Assembly (NCBI GenBank): GCA_019244185.1 | Contig: JAFATB010000014.1 | Span: forward strand, 608,001-672,000 | Source: Acidobacteriota bacterium | GTDB taxonomy: Bacteria > Acidobacteriota > Thermoanaerobaculia > Gp7-AA8 | Length of the DNA stretch: 64,000 bases | Direction of reading: 5' to 3' | Shown here: one piece after another, positions 1-10,466 of the stretch | Position numbering within the stretch: the first letter of the stretch is position 1 | Layout: every line of letters starts with the position of its first letter | The notes under the pieces: model-generated | The model's input: only the letters and a program-made list of their open reading frames with translations | What the model was told of the DNA's origin: nothing | The model's database searches: none | Position numbers and translations under genes: made by a program

Positions 1-1
1 G

Positions 2-124
2 GGGATGGCCGCGACGGCGACTCCGGGCGTCGAGTCTTACGTCAACGGCAACAACCCCGCGGGCGGCGGCACGGAGCTCATCTCCGGCACGTCCGGCTTC
101 GTGAGCTGCAACAGCGCTCCGTAA
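2..124 (+). CDS. 3' end of a gene running into the window; C-terminus paralogous to the giant surface protein at 387-7502
   Basis: Frame 2 reads GMAATATPGVESYVNGNNPAGGGTELISGTSGFVSCNSAP*, which aligns with PAVEAYVDGLNPAGGGTVLLSATTGFTNCTLP* at the end of 387-7502. Confidence 0.8.
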   Translation, partial: GMAATATPGVESYVNGNNPAGGGTELISGTSGFVSCNSAP

Positions 125-145
125 ATCTCTCTACTCGCTGTATCG

Positions 146-182
146 AAAAGGCCCTGCGCGGATCCGCGCAGGGCCTTTTTTT
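146..182 (+). terminator. Rho-independent terminator, probably bidirectional
   Basis: Perfect inverted repeat AAAAGGCCCTGCGCGGA/TCCGCGCAGGGCCTTTT followed by a T-run, just after the stop at 124. Confidence 0.85.
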
Positions 183-386
183 ACGTCTGCGCTGACAGCG
201 GCAAATGAACGCTTGCGCATGGGTGGAACAGACGTTAAATTGTCTGGCGATCGTCCGAGAGAGATAACGAAGTCAACGCAGGCAAGTCGCCTTTCCGAGA
301 CCTTTTTGCGGAACGGCGGTGCGATTCATTCACGGTCCAACGGTTACGAACAAACGTTTCCTGCAGCGATCCGGAGGGGTTTCCGT

Positions 387-3300
387 ATGCGTTCCCTGTC
401 ATTGCGGCTTTTGCTCTCGTTGCTGTCTCTGATCGCCGTGCCGGTCGCATTCGCGCACGACGTGACGATCAGCGGAACCAACTCGTTCGCGGCTCTCGAC
501 GGCTCTGCCGTCGACCACGATCACGCCGTCAACGGCGTCTTCACCGTGAACGACGGCAACCTGATCGTGAACGGCACCGTCAACTGCAATGACGACGGCG
601 CCTCCGCCAACAGCGCGTGCGCGATGGCGTTCGTCGTCAGCGGCAACGTCACGATCAACGCGGGCGGCGCGCTCTACGCGGAGAACCGCGCAGGAAACGG
701 CTCCGGCGGCGCGATCTCGGTCAGCGCCGGCGGGAGCCTCACGCTGAACGGCAACGCGATCATCTCCGCGTCGTCGAACGGCGGCTCCTCCACCTCGAAC
801 GGCGGCAACGTCAGCATCACCGCGGGCGCCGTGACGCTCGGCTCGACGAGCACGATCGACGCCGGCGCGTCGGGCGGCCAGGCCGGCAGCATCACCATCG
901 GCGCGGGCGGCGTCGTCACCATCGCCGGCAACGTCCTCTCCGGTCCGAGCCGCGCGCTCCTCGCCACGCGCCTCACCGGCGCGGTGCTGAACGGCGGCGG
1001 CGGGAACCAGAGCGGCGGCGCGATCACCATCGCCACCACGACCTTCATCGAGCCCGCGCTCGTCGTCTCCTCCACCGCAAACATCGTGTCGCAGGGTGAG
1101 AAGAACGGCGCCGGCAACGTCACCCTCGATGCGTGCGGCATCGAGATCCGAGGACTCGTCGCAGCGGTGTCGACCAAGGATCTGCCGGCGCATGTGATCG
1201 TGCGTTCCGGCAAGAGCCTCCTCGTCGATGGCCGCGACCTCGGCGCGACCGGCACGCGCATGGGCCGCGTTCGCGCGGACGCGCTCAACGACGGCGCGAC
1301 CGACGACGGCGTCGATCTCTTCGCGCGCGGCGACGTCTCCGTCTACGGCCCGCTCACCGGCTCGCTCTTCGTCGTCAGCTCCGTTCCGGGCGGCAAGGTG
1401 AAGAAGGACGGCTCCGGCACGATCCGCGTCGTCTCGCTCGAGGGCGCCGCCACCGTCTCCGGCAAGGCGTTCATCGCAGGCATCGACGGCAAGGGCACGC
1501 GCGGCGGCACGATCTCGATCGACAGCGCCGGCACGGCCACGCTCGACACCGCCACCCTCGTCGCCATCGGCGACTACACGAAACCGAAGAAGCAGAGCGC
1601 CGGCGGCCACATCGCCGTCCGCTCGTACAGCGGCGACGTCCTCTGGCGCAACGGCACCGGCGACATCCGCCCGGTCGGCTCCGATGCCGACGTGCCTCCC
1701 GCGGATCAGGGCACGATCGTCCTCACCGCATGCGGCACCGTGAACACGACCGGCTCGTCGTTCCCGACCACCGGCGTCGCCACGAGCGTCTTCCCGCAGA
1801 CGCAGACCGGCGTCTGCTCGCCGGCCGCGCCGTCGCTGCCCGCCGGCACGCCGCCGCTCGTCACGTGCAATACGCCGCCCGTCGCGAACGACACGAGCGC
1901 CTCGACGAACGAGGACAACGCCGTCACCGTGCACCTCAGCGGCAGCGACGCCGACGGCGACTCGCTCACGTTCTCCATCGTCACCCCGCCTGCGCACGGC
2001 TCCCTCGGCGCGGTCGTCTCCACCGGACCGACCACCGCCGACGTCACCTACACGCCGGCGCTCAACTACAACGGCAGCGACAGCTTCGTCTATCGCGCCA
2101 ACGACGGCAACGGCGGCACCGACGACGCGAACGCGACGATCACCATCGCGCCCGTCAACGACCCGCCGTCGTTCCTCGCCGGTCCCACCGTCACCGTGCT
2201 CGAAGACTCGGGCCCGAAGACGGTCGTGAGCTGGGCGACGTCGATCTCGCCCGGTCCCGCCGACGAGTCGGCGCAGAGCGTGACCTTCACCGTCACCAAC
2301 GACAACAACGCGCTCTTCGCCGTGCAGCCGGCCGTCGCGCCGAACGGCACGCTCACGTTCACGCCGGCCGCGAACGCGTACGGCTCCGCGACCATCACCA
2401 TCGTCGCGCACGACAACGGCGGCACCGCGAACGGCGGCAACGACACCTCCGCGCCGCAGACGAGCACGATCACCGTCACCGCCGTCAACGACCCGCCGTC
2501 GTTCACCGCCGGTCCGAACCAGACCGTGAACGAGGACTCAGGCGCGCAGAGCGTCGCGAATTGGGCGACGTCGATCTCGGCCGGTCCGAACGAATCGGGG
2601 CAGGCGCTCACGTTCCACGTCTCGAACGACAACAACGCGCTCTTCAGCGCGCAGCCGGCCGTTTCGCCGAGCGGCACGCTCACGTACACGCCTGCCGCGA
2701 ACGCGAACGGCACCGCCATCGTGACCGTCTATCTGCAGGATGACGGCGGCACCGCGAATGGCGGCGTCGACACCTCCGCGACGCAGACGTTCACCATCAC
2801 CGTCAACGCCGTCAACGACGAGCCGTCCTTCACCAGCGGCGGCAACGTCAGCGTGCTCGAAGACTCCGGCGCGTACAGCGCGCCGTGGGCGACCTCGATC
2901 AGCGCCGGCCCCGCCGACGAGAGCGGCCAGACGGTCACCTTCTCGACGTCGAACGACAACCACGCGCTCTTCAGCGTGCAGCCGTCCGTCGCGTCGAACG
3001 GCGTGCTGTCGTTCACTCCCGCCGCGAACGCCTTCGGCACCGCCACGGTCACCGTGACGCTGTCGGACAACGGCGGCACCGCGAACGGCGGCGACGACAC
3101 CTCGCCGTCGCAGACGTTCACCATCACCGTGAACGCCGTCAACGACGAGCCGTCCTTCACCAGCGGCGGCAACATCAGCGTGCTCGAAGACTCCGGCGCG
3201 TATTCGGCGCCGTGGGCCACCGGCATCAGCGCCGGTCCGAACGAGTCGGCGCAGGCGCTCACGTTCCACGCCTCGAACGACAACAACGCGCTCTTCAGCG

Positions 3301-6300
3301 TGCAGCCGAGCATCGCGCCAGACGGCACGCTCACGTTCACGCCGGCCGCGAATGCGAACGGCACCGCCACGGTAACCGTCTATCTGACGGATGACGGTGG
3401 CACCGCGAACGGCGGCGACGACACCTCGCCCTCGCAGACCTTCACCATCAACGTCACGGCCGTCAACGACGCGCCGTCGTTCACGAGCGGCGGCAACGTG
3501 ACGGTGAACGAAGACTCCGGCGCGTACAGCGCGCCGTGGGCCACGTCGATCAGCGCCGGCCCCGCCGACGAGTCGGGCCAGACGCTCACGTTCCACGTCA
3601 CGGGCAACAGCAATCCGTCGCTCTTCTCCGTGGCGCCGTCCATCGCGCCCGACGGCACGCTGACGTTCACGCCGGCCGCGAACGCGTTCGGCAGCTCCAC
3701 CATCACCGTGACGCTCTCCGACGACGGCATGACCGCCAACGGCGGCGCCGACACGAGCGCGCCGCAGTCGTTCACGATCACCGTGAACAACGTCAACGAC
3801 GAGCCGAGCTTCACCGCCGGCGGCAACGTCACCGTCAACGAAGACTCCGGTGCGTACTCCGCGGCGTGGGCGACGGGCATCAGCGCCGGTCCGAACGAGG
3901 GCTCGCAGACGCTGACGTTCCACGTCTCGAACGACAACAACGCGCTCTTCGCCGCGCAGCCCGCGATCAGCGCGAGCGGCGTGCTCACCTTCACGCCGGC
4001 GTCGAACGCGTTCGGCACCGCCACCGTAACCGTCTATCTGCAGGATGACGGTGGCACGGCGAACGGCGGCGACGACACGTCCGCCAGCGTCACGTTCCAG
4101 ATCACCATCAACCCCGTGAACGACGCGCCGTCGTTCAACTCCGGCGGCGACGTGACGGTCAACGAAGACAGCGGCGCGTACACCGCGCCGTGGGCCACGT
4201 CCGTCAGCGCCGGCCCGGCCAACGAGTCCGGCCAGACGCTCGCCTTCGTCATCACCGGCAACACCAATCCGTCGCTCTTCGCCGCCGGTCCATCCATCGC
4301 GCCCGACGGCACGCTGACGTTCACGCCGGCCGCGAACGCCTTCGGCTCCGCGGCCATCACCGTGCACCTGCAGGACGACGGCGGTACCGCAAACGGCGGC
4401 GCCGACACCTCGGGCTCCGTGACCTTCAACATCAACGTCACCTCCGTCAACGATCCGCCGTCGTTCACCGCCGGCGGCAATGTGACGGTCAACGAAGACA
4501 GCGGCCCGTACTCGGCGACGTGGGCGACGAGCATCTCCGCCGGCCCGGGCGAGTCGCAGCCGCTGACTTTCAACGTCAGCAACGACAACAACGCGCTCTT
4601 CGCCGTCCAGCCCGCGATCAGCCCGAGCGGCGTGCTGACGTTCACGCCCGCGCCGAACGCGTTCGGCTCCGCGAATGTCACCGTCACGCTCTCCGACGGC
4701 ATCGACACGACCTCGCCGGTGACCTTCGTCATCACGGTCAACGGCGTCAACGATCCGCCGACCGCGAACAACGATACGTGGGAGACGGAAGGCAACACCG
4801 AACTGCGCGTCGACGTCGGCCCGTCCGCGACGCCGCATGTCTCGGATACGACGCCCTCCGGCCGAGGCGTTGCCGACAATGACGCCGACACGGTGGAAGG
4901 CGATCCGTTCAGCGTCACCGGCATCGTCGGCTGCGCCGACACCACCGCGCCGTACGTCTGCAGCGTCGCCGGCGGTACGGTCACGATGAATGCGAACGGC
5001 AGCTTCTCCTTCATGCCGTCGCCTGGCGCGACCAGCGCTACGTTCCAGTACACCGTCACCGACCAGCCCGCGGCAGGCATCCCCGCCAGCGCCACCGGCA
5101 CGGTCACGATCACGATCCACGACATGATCTGGTACGTGAACGGCGGCGCTCCCGCGGGCGGCAACGGCACGTCCGCCTCGCCGTTCAACTCGTTCGCGCC
5201 GCTCAACGGCGGCGGCGACGCCGACGTCGCGGGCGACTACATCTTCGTGCACGCCTCCACCGTCAACGGCGGCATCGCGCTCGAGCCGAACGAGAAGCTG
5301 TGGGGCGAGGGCGTCGGTCTCATCATTCCGCGCAATCTCAACGGCAACGGCTCGCCGACGACGCTCGTCGCGCCCGGCGTGAAGCCGCTAATCGCCGCCT
5401 CGGTCGGCAACGCGGTCGACGTGAGCTCCGTGAGCGGCGTCGAGATCGCCGGTCTCGCGCTCTCCGCGCCGACCGGCAACGGCATCGACGTCACCAGCCC
5501 GATCGCCGGCGCTGCCGCGGGTGCGCGCATCTACAGCAACAGCATCACCGCCGCCGGCCAGCAGGGCATCGACATCAGCGCCTTCGGTCCGATCGGCACC
5601 GACGTGTCGATCGACAGCACCTCGATCGTGTCGACCGGCACGGGCATCGCTCTCTTCGGTTCCGACGGCACGGTGACCTTCTCGTGCACCAACACCTCGA
5701 TCCGCTCGATCGCGGGCTCCGGCATTACCGCCGATGCCAGCGCTGCCGACGCGTTCTACGTCACCGGCCTCGCCAACGTCAGCGTCGATGGCGCGACGCC
5801 TGGCGCGGGCATCTCGGTCACCGGCGCGACCTTCGATGCGAATCCGTCGACGGCGGCGTTCGACACCGTCAACACCGGCACGCTCAACATCGGCTCGAGC
5901 GTCGACCCGGTCGGCACTTCGGGTCTCACGCTCACGAATGCGAGCGGTGACGTCGCCATCGGCACGCTCAACTCGTTCGCCGCGACGCAGGCGCTCGGCG
6001 TTGCCGGCAGCGGTCTCTTCACCGGCACGACCGGCCTGCAGCTGACGTCCGGCGGCGGCTCGCTCGCGGCCACCGCGGGCGTCGGTCTCAGCGTCACCAA
6101 CACCACCATCGGCGCGGCGAACCTCTCGTTCACCAGCGTGTCCGCCGCGGGCGCGACCAACGGCATCGTGCTGAACAACACCGGCACCACGGGCGGACTC
6201 AAGGTCCTCGGCACCGGCTCCGCGAACAGCGGCGGCACGATCCAGAACACCACCAGCCACGGCGTCCTGCTGACGAACACCACCGCGCCGTCGTTCAACA

Positions 6301-7502
6301 ACGTGCGCGTGCAGAACACCGGCGGCAGCGGCGTCAAGGGCACGCAGGTGAACGGCTTCACGTTCACCAACGGCTCGATCGCGAGCTCCGGCACCGCCGG
6401 CGGTGCGGACGACAGCAACATCGCGTTCAACACCTTCACCAGCGGCAACGAGCAGAACGTCTCCGGCGTCGTCACGATCACCGGCAACACGCTGACCACC
6501 GCGCTGTGGAACGGCATTCACATTCGCAACGGGAACGGCGTGCTGGCGAACGTCATCGCCTCGAACAACACCATCACCAGCGCGACTACGACCGCCGCGT
6601 CGAAGGGCACGGGCATCAACATCGAGCTCCTCGGGAACGCTTCGACGGTGGCGAGCCTGACCAAGGCGAGCTTCGCGAACAACGTGATCTCGAACTTCCC
6701 GAGCGGCGGCGGCATCCAGATCCTCGGCGGCAATGCGAACGCCGCCGGACCGGCAGGCACCGCCGGCATCGACGGCGATCCGGCGAACGTCGTCTCGATC
6801 ACCGGCAACTCGATCAAGGGTCTGAGCCCCGCGAGCCGCATGGGTACGAACGCGATCGTCGTGTCCGTCGGCGGCAAGGGTCAGGGCAACTTCGCCGTGA
6901 ACAACAACGGCGCGGCCGGCAACCCGATCACGAACGTGCTCGGCGCCGCGATTCTCGTCGGCGTGAACGGCAACGCGCACGCGACGGTCGATACGAGCAG
7001 CAACGTCATCGTCGCGAACAACTCGCTCGGCTCAGCGGGCATCTCCGGCGGCACCGGCATCACGTTTGGCAACACCGACACGCCGATCCTGTCGTGGACC
7101 ATCAACGGCAACAGCGTCAGCGCCACGGACGGCAACGGCATTCTCGCCGTCGCGCGCGGCGCGGCGGGCCAGTTGAAGACCGCCATTACGAACAACGTCG
7201 TGGCCGCGCCGCTGACCGGTGCGCGTCCCGGCATCCGCGTCGACGCCGGCACCGCTGCCTCGACCGACGATGCGGTCTGCCTCTCGATCTCCGGCAACAC
7301 CAGCGCCGGCAGCGGCGGGCTTCAGGGCATCGGTCTGCGCAAGCAGGGGAGCAACCCGACCATCAACGATTTCGCGATCGTCGGGAACCCTGCCACCTCG
7401 TCGCCGGCGGTCGAAGCGTACGTCGACGGTCTCAATCCCGCCGGGGGCGGGACGGTGCTTCTTTCCGCAACCACGGGATTCACGAACTGCACGCTGCCCT
7501 GA
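387..7502 (+). CDS. Giant secreted adhesin-like protein: Gly-rich N-terminal region, ~10 Ig-like (Big_9/cadherin-like) domains, C-terminal parallel beta-helix
   Basis: GGAGG at 373-377 before ATG 387; Sec signal MRSLSLRLLLSLLSLIAVPVAFA; repeated VNDxPSF...GTLTFTPAANAxG...DDGGTANGGxD units; Asn/Gly/Thr-rich beta-helix-like C-terminal third. Confidence 0.88.
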   Translation: MRSLSLRLLLSLLSLIAVPVAFAHDVTISGTNSFAALDGSAVDHDHAVNGVFTVNDGNLIVNGTVNCNDDGASANSACAMAFVVSGNVTINAGGALYAENRAGNGSGGAISVSAGGSLTLNGNAIISASSNGGSSTSNGGNVSITAGAVTLGSTSTIDAGASGGQAGSITIGAGGVVTIAGNVLSGPSRALLATRLTGAVLNGGGGNQSGGAITIATTTFIEPALVVSSTANIVSQGEKNGAGNVTLDACGIEIRGLVAAVSTKDLPAHVIVRSGKSLLVDGRDLGATGTRMGRVRADALNDGATDDGVDLFARGDVSVYGPLTGSLFVVSSVPGGKVKKDGSGTIRVVSLEGAATVSGKAFIAGIDGKGTRGGTISIDSAGTATLDTATLVAIGDYTKPKKQSAGGHIAVRSYSGDVLWRNGTGDIRPVGSDADVPPADQGTIVLTACGTVNTTGSSFPTTGVATSVFPQTQTGVCSPAAPSLPAGTPPLVTCNTPPVANDTSASTNEDNAVTVHLSGSDADGDSLTFSIVTPPAHGSLGAVVSTGPTTADVTYTPALNYNGSDSFVYRANDGNGGTDDANATITIAPVNDPPSFLAGPTVTVLEDSGPKTVVSWATSISPGPADESAQSVTFTVTNDNNALFAVQPAVAPNGTLTFTPAANAYGSATITIVAHDNGGTANGGNDTSAPQTSTITVTAVNDPPSFTAGPNQTVNEDSGAQSVANWATSISAGPNESGQALTFHVSNDNNALFSAQPAVSPSGTLTYTPAANANGTAIVTVYLQDDGGTANGGVDTSATQTFTITVNAVNDEPSFTSGGNVSVLEDSGAYSAPWATSISAGPADESGQTVTFSTSNDNHALFSVQPSVASNGVLSFTPAANAFGTATVTVTLSDNGGTANGGDDTSPSQTFTITVNAVNDEPSFTSGGNISVLEDSGAYSAPWATGISAGPNESAQALTFHASNDNNALFSVQPSIAPDGTLTFTPAANANGTATVTVYLTDDGGTANGGDDTSPSQTFTINVTAVNDAPSFTSGGNVTVNEDSGAYSAPWATSISAGPADESGQTLTFHVTGNSNPSLFSVAPSIAPDGTLTFTPAANAFGSSTITVTLSDDGMTANGGADTSAPQSFTITVNNVNDEPSFTAGGNVTVNEDSGAYSAAWATGISAGPNEGSQTLTFHVSNDNNALFAAQPAISASGVLTFTPASNAFGTATVTVYLQDDGGTANGGDDTSASVTFQITINPVNDAPSFNSGGDVTVNEDSGAYTAPWATSVSAGPANESGQTLAFVITGNTNPSLFAAGPSIAPDGTLTFTPAANAFGSAAITVHLQDDGGTANGGADTSGSVTFNINVTSVNDPPSFTAGGNVTVNEDSGPYSATWATSISAGPGESQPLTFNVSNDNNALFAVQPAISPSGVLTFTPAPNAFGSANVTVTLSDGIDTTSPVTFVITVNGVNDPPTANNDTWETEGNTELRVDVGPSATPHVSDTTPSGRGVADNDADTVEGDPFSVTGIVGCADTTAPYVCSVAGGTVTMNANGSFSFMPSPGATSATFQYTVTDQPAAGIPASATGTVTITIHDMIWYVNGGAPAGGNGTSASPFNSFAPLNGGGDADVAGDYIFVHASTVNGGIALEPNEKLWGEGVGLIIPRNLNGNGSPTTLVAPGVKPLIAASVGNAVDVSSVSGVEIAGLALSAPTGNGIDVTSPIAGAAAGARIYSNSITAAGQQGIDISAFGPIGTDVSIDSTSIVSTGTGIALFGSDGTVTFSCTNTSIRSIAGSGITADASAADAFYVTGLANVSVDGATPGAGISVTGATFDANPSTAAFDTVNTGTLNIGSSVDPVGTSGLTLTNASGDVAIGTLNSFAATQALGVAGSGLFTGTTGLQLTSGGGSLAATAGVGLSVTNTTIGAANLSFTSVSAAGATNGIVLNNTGTTGGLKVLGTGSANSGGTIQNTTSHGVLLTNTTAPSFNNVRVQNTGGSGVKGTQVNGFTFTNGSIASSGTAGGADDSNIAFNTFTSGNEQNVSGVVTITGNTLTTALWNGIHIRNGNGVLANVIASNNTITSATTTAASKGTGINIELLGNASTVASLTKASFANNVISNFPSGGGIQILGGNANAAGPAGTAGIDGDPANVVSITGNSIKGLSPASRMGTNAIVVSVGGKGQGNFAVNNNGAAGNPITNVLGAAILVGVNGNAHATVDTSSNVIVANNSLGSAGISGGTGITFGNTDTPILSWTINGNSVSATDGNGILAVARGAAGQLKTAITNNVVAAPLTGARPGIRVDAGTAASTDDAVCLSISGNTSAGSGGLQGIGLRKQGSNPTINDFAIVGNPATSSPAVEAYVDGLNPAGGGTVLLSATTGFTNCTLP
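2154..4745 (+). repeat. Eight tandem intragenic ~325-bp repeats (Ig-like domains)
   Basis: Unit starts (VND codons) at 2154, 2484, 2811, 3138, 3462, 3792, 4116 and 4446; the last unit is shorter (300 bp). Confidence 0.9.
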
Positions 7503-7551
7503 ACGGGCGGCGTGCAGTTCTCGATCGAAGTTTGTAGACAGGAGGAAATCG

Positions 7552-8061
7552 ATGGCAGAACCATTTCTCTCGGAGATCCGGATCATGAGCTTCGTGTTCG
7601 CGCCGAAAGGGTGGGCTCTGACCAATGGGCAGTTGCTGCCCATCAATCAGAACCAGCCGCTCTTCTCGCTGCTCGGCACCACGTTCGGCGGCGATGGCCG
7701 CGTGAACTTCGCGCTGCCGGATCTTCGCGGACGCGTGCCGATTCACGTCGGCAGCGGGCACACGCTGGGCGAGCGCGGCGGCGAGCAGGCGCATACGTTG
7801 TCGATCGGGGAGCTCCCGACGCACACGCACGTCCTGAACGCCACGAGCATCGACGCGACCACGAACACCGCCGCGAACAACGTGCTGCTCGCCAAGACGA
7901 CGGCGGCCAACATGTACGCGCCGGCGAGCTCGAACCTCGCCGCGATGGCGCCCGCGGCGATCGCGAGTGTCGGCGGCTCGCAGGCTCACCTGAACATGCA
8001 GCCCTTCCTCACGCTGTCGTTCTGCATCGCACTGCAGGGCATCTTCCCGTCGCAAACTTAG
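7552..8061 (+). CDS. Phage tail-collar domain protein (microcystin-dependent protein-like), subtype A
   Basis: AGGAGG before ATG 7552; EIRIMSFVFAPKGW...FALPDLRGRVP, LPTHTH, HLNMQPFL...CIALQGIFP. Confidence 0.9.
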   Translation: MAEPFLSEIRIMSFVFAPKGWALTNGQLLPINQNQPLFSLLGTTFGGDGRVNFALPDLRGRVPIHVGSGHTLGERGGEQAHTLSIGELPTHTHVLNATSIDATTNTAANNVLLAKTTAANMYAPASSNLAAMAPAAIASVGGSQAHLNMQPFLTLSFCIALQGIFPSQT

Positions 8062-8076
8062 AAAGGAATCGCGATC

Positions 8077-8589
8077 ATGGCCCAGCCCTACGTTGGTGAG
8101 ATCAGAATGTTTGCGGGCAACTTCGCGCCCGCCGGCTGGATGTTCTGCGAGGGACAGCTCCTGCCGATTTCGGAGTACGAAACGCTGTTCAACCTGATTG
8201 GAACGACTTACGGAGGCGACGGACAAAGCACCTTCGCGCTGCCCGACCTCCGCGGCCGGATTCCGCTTCATCAGGGGAACGGCTTCATCCTCGCCGAGAC
8301 CGGCGGCGCCGAGGAGATCACGCTGACCGTCGCGCAGATGGCGGGGCACTCGCACGCGCTGCTCGCCACGCGCAACCCGGCCTCCAGTTCGTCACCGGGA
8401 TCGAGCGTCCTGCCCGGCATCACGGCCGCGTCGACCATCACGCCGTACGGTACCGACGCCCCGCGCGGTCCCGCGGCCCCGAGCGCCGTCAGCGCGGTCG
8501 GTGGCAGTCAGCCGCACAACAACTTCCAGCCCTATCTCTGCGTGGACTTCATCATTTCGCTGTTCGGCATCTTCCCGTCTCCGACTTGA
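8077..8589 (+). CDS. Phage tail-collar domain protein, subtype B
   Basis: GEIRMFAGNFAPAGW...FALPDLRGR, GHSH, HNNFQPYL. Confidence 0.9.
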   Translation: MAQPYVGEIRMFAGNFAPAGWMFCEGQLLPISEYETLFNLIGTTYGGDGQSTFALPDLRGRIPLHQGNGFILAETGGAEEITLTVAQMAGHSHALLATRNPASSSSPGSSVLPGITAASTITPYGTDAPRGPAAPSAVSAVGGSQPHNNFQPYLCVDFIISLFGIFPSPT

Positions 8590-8634
8590 TGCCATTGGTG
8601 GAAGCGCCGCATTCGCGAAAGAGAGGAGAAAACG

Positions 8635-9153
8635 ATGGCCGATCCGTTTGTTGCTGAAATCCGCATCTTCCCCTTCAACTTCGCCCCCAAAGGGTGGGCG
8701 TGGTGCGACGGGCAGCTCCTGCCGCTGTCGCAGAACACCGCGTTGTTCTCGCTGCTCGGAACGACCTATGGCGGTGATGGCAAGTCCACCTTTGCGTTGC
8801 CCGATATGCAGGGCAACACCCCGATGCATCCGGGACAGGGACCCGGACTGTCGCTGCATGACCTCGGCGAGACCGGCGGCTCCGAAACCGTCTCGCTGCT
8901 CGAGTCCGAGATCCCGTCGCACAGCCATGGCCTGATGATCTCGTATCAGGACGGCACCGATCAGTCGCCCGTCAACGAGCAGTACTCGAGCGGCGTCGGC
9001 ATCGGACAGTGGGCCGTTCCGGGGGCGCTGGTCGCGCTCTCCGACAACGCCCTCGCCCCCGCCGGCGGCGACCAGCCGCACAACAACATGCAGCCGTACC
9101 TGACGCTGTACTTCAACATCGCGCTGCAGGGCGTTTACCCGCCGCGCACCTGA
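8635..9153 (+). CDS. Phage tail-collar domain protein, subtype C
   Basis: AEIRIFPFNFAPKGW...FALPD, GQGPGLS insertion, SHSH, HNNMQPYL; GAGGAG ribosome-binding site. Confidence 0.9.
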   Translation: MADPFVAEIRIFPFNFAPKGWAWCDGQLLPLSQNTALFSLLGTTYGGDGKSTFALPDMQGNTPMHPGQGPGLSLHDLGETGGSETVSLLESEIPSHSHGLMISYQDGTDQSPVNEQYSSGVGIGQWAVPGALVALSDNALAPAGGDQPHNNMQPYLTLYFNIALQGVYPPRT

Positions 9154-9201
9154 TTCACGTTCACGTTCATCGAGAGAGAGACAAGACTGGAGATCCGCAT
9201 C

Positions 9202-9939
9202 ATGAACACGACCTGCCGCCCTGGTGACATTGGCAGACGTGAGTTTCTCGTGCTGTCGTCGACGTGTGCCGCCGCGACAGCGGCCTTCGGACCGAAGCTG
9301 TTCGCCGCCGAATCGCAGGCGGTGGCGAAGCGGCTTGCCGTCGGCTTCACTGATGCCGAGGAGGGAGCGGCGTTCGTTCCGGCGGCGCAGATCCCTTCGG
9401 GCGACGGCGGCTTCATCAGCCGGGGCGCACGCATCGCGGTCTCGGGCGCAAGTGGAGTGCCCGCGGCTCCGGATGCACGCCGCACCGTCGAGTTGCGTAC
9501 GCACTTTCCGTACTTCGAAGGGGCGGACCGCCGCGAGGCGTTGTATCTCGCGTGGGGTTCGAACCGCCGCACCGGCAGTCAGGGTGCGCCGGTGAGCTTC
9601 ATCGCGCCGGTCGACGTCGAGCAGAAGGTTCTGCTCAGCGTCGCCGTCGAATCGGGAGCGGTCGGCGGTGCGCCGACGCGCCGCCGCGCCGTGGGTGGCG
9701 CGGGCACGGCGTCGTCGAGCATGCTGCCGCTCACGCTCGCGCTCACGAGCGAGGCTGAAACGCTGAAGCTCGTGCGTGGCTACTACGCGGTCGTCCCGCT
9801 GTTCGAGAACGACCGCGAGCCGCGCTGGTCCGACTACACGCTCGCGCGCAAGGACGCGCGCTGGGCGCTGGTCGACCGCAACGGCGAAGTCGCACCGTTC
9901 GAGCATTTCGTTCTCCGCATCGATTACGCCACCGTCTGA
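9202..9939 (+). CDS. Hypothetical TAT-exported protein
   Basis: GRREFL twin-arginine motif followed by an Ala-rich hydrophobic segment; GGAG upstream. Confidence 0.7.
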   Translation: MNTTCRPGDIGRREFLVLSSTCAAATAAFGPKLFAAESQAVAKRLAVGFTDAEEGAAFVPAAQIPSGDGGFISRGARIAVSGASGVPAAPDARRTVELRTHFPYFEGADRREALYLAWGSNRRTGSQGAPVSFIAPVDVEQKVLLSVAVESGAVGGAPTRRRAVGGAGTASSSMLPLTLALTSEAETLKLVRGYYAVVPLFENDREPRWSDYTLARKDARWALVDRNGEVAPFEHFVLRIDYATV

Positions 9940-9941
9940 TC

Positions 9942-10466
9942 GTGACCTCATCCGCTTCGGGTGACCGCGCCGCCGGCGCGGTCACCCTTCGTCCCGCCAC
10001 CGACGCCGACTACGCGTTCATGCGTTTCCTCTACGGCTCGACACGCGAAGAGGAACTGCAGCATTTCCCGTTCGACGATGCGCAGAAGTCCGCGTTCCTC
10101 GACCAGCAGTTCGCCGCGCAGTACGAGCATTACCGCGTGCATTACCCGACCTGCGAGCGCAACATCATCGAGGTTGGCGGCGAGCTCGCGGGCCGGCTCT
10201 GGCTCGACGAATGGCGCGATCAGATCCGCCTCGTCGACATCGCGCTCCTGCCGCGGTGGCGCGGCACCGGCGTCGGCACGAGCCTCGTGCGCAACGTGCT
10301 CGCGCGCGGCGCCGCGGCGGGGAAGCCGGTCACGATCCACGTCGAAGCCTACAACCCCGCGCTGCGGCTCTACCAGCGCCTCGGCTTCGAGAACGTCGAC
10401 ACCAACGGCGTCTACCTCCTCATGCGCTGGGCGCCGCCCGATCAGGCGAAGACGGCTTCGTACTGA
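9942..10466 (+). CDS. GNAT family N-acetyltransferase
   Basis: LRPAT..D start, DIALLPRWRGTGVGT acetyl-CoA motif A, NPALRLYQRLGF motif B. Confidence 0.9.
   Translation: MTSSASGDRAAGAVTLRPATDADYAFMRFLYGSTREEELQHFPFDDAQKSAFLDQQFAAQYEHYRVHYPTCERNIIEVGGELAGRLWLDEWRDQIRLVDIALLPRWRGTGVGTSLVRNVLARGAAAGKPVTIHVEAYNPALRLYQRLGFENVDTNGVYLLMRWAPPDQAKTASY

Noticed and set aside
213-386. N-terminal extensions from the ORF track (213, 7219, 15818, 18864, 30573, 35802, 36888, 53241, 58339 and others)
   Set aside because: Downstream starts have Shine-Dalgarno sites, stop-start coupling or family-typical N-termini
2154-4745. DGR template/variable repeats or mobile repeats
   Set aside because: These are in-frame domain repeats, with no evident adenine-specific variation and no reverse transcriptase in the window
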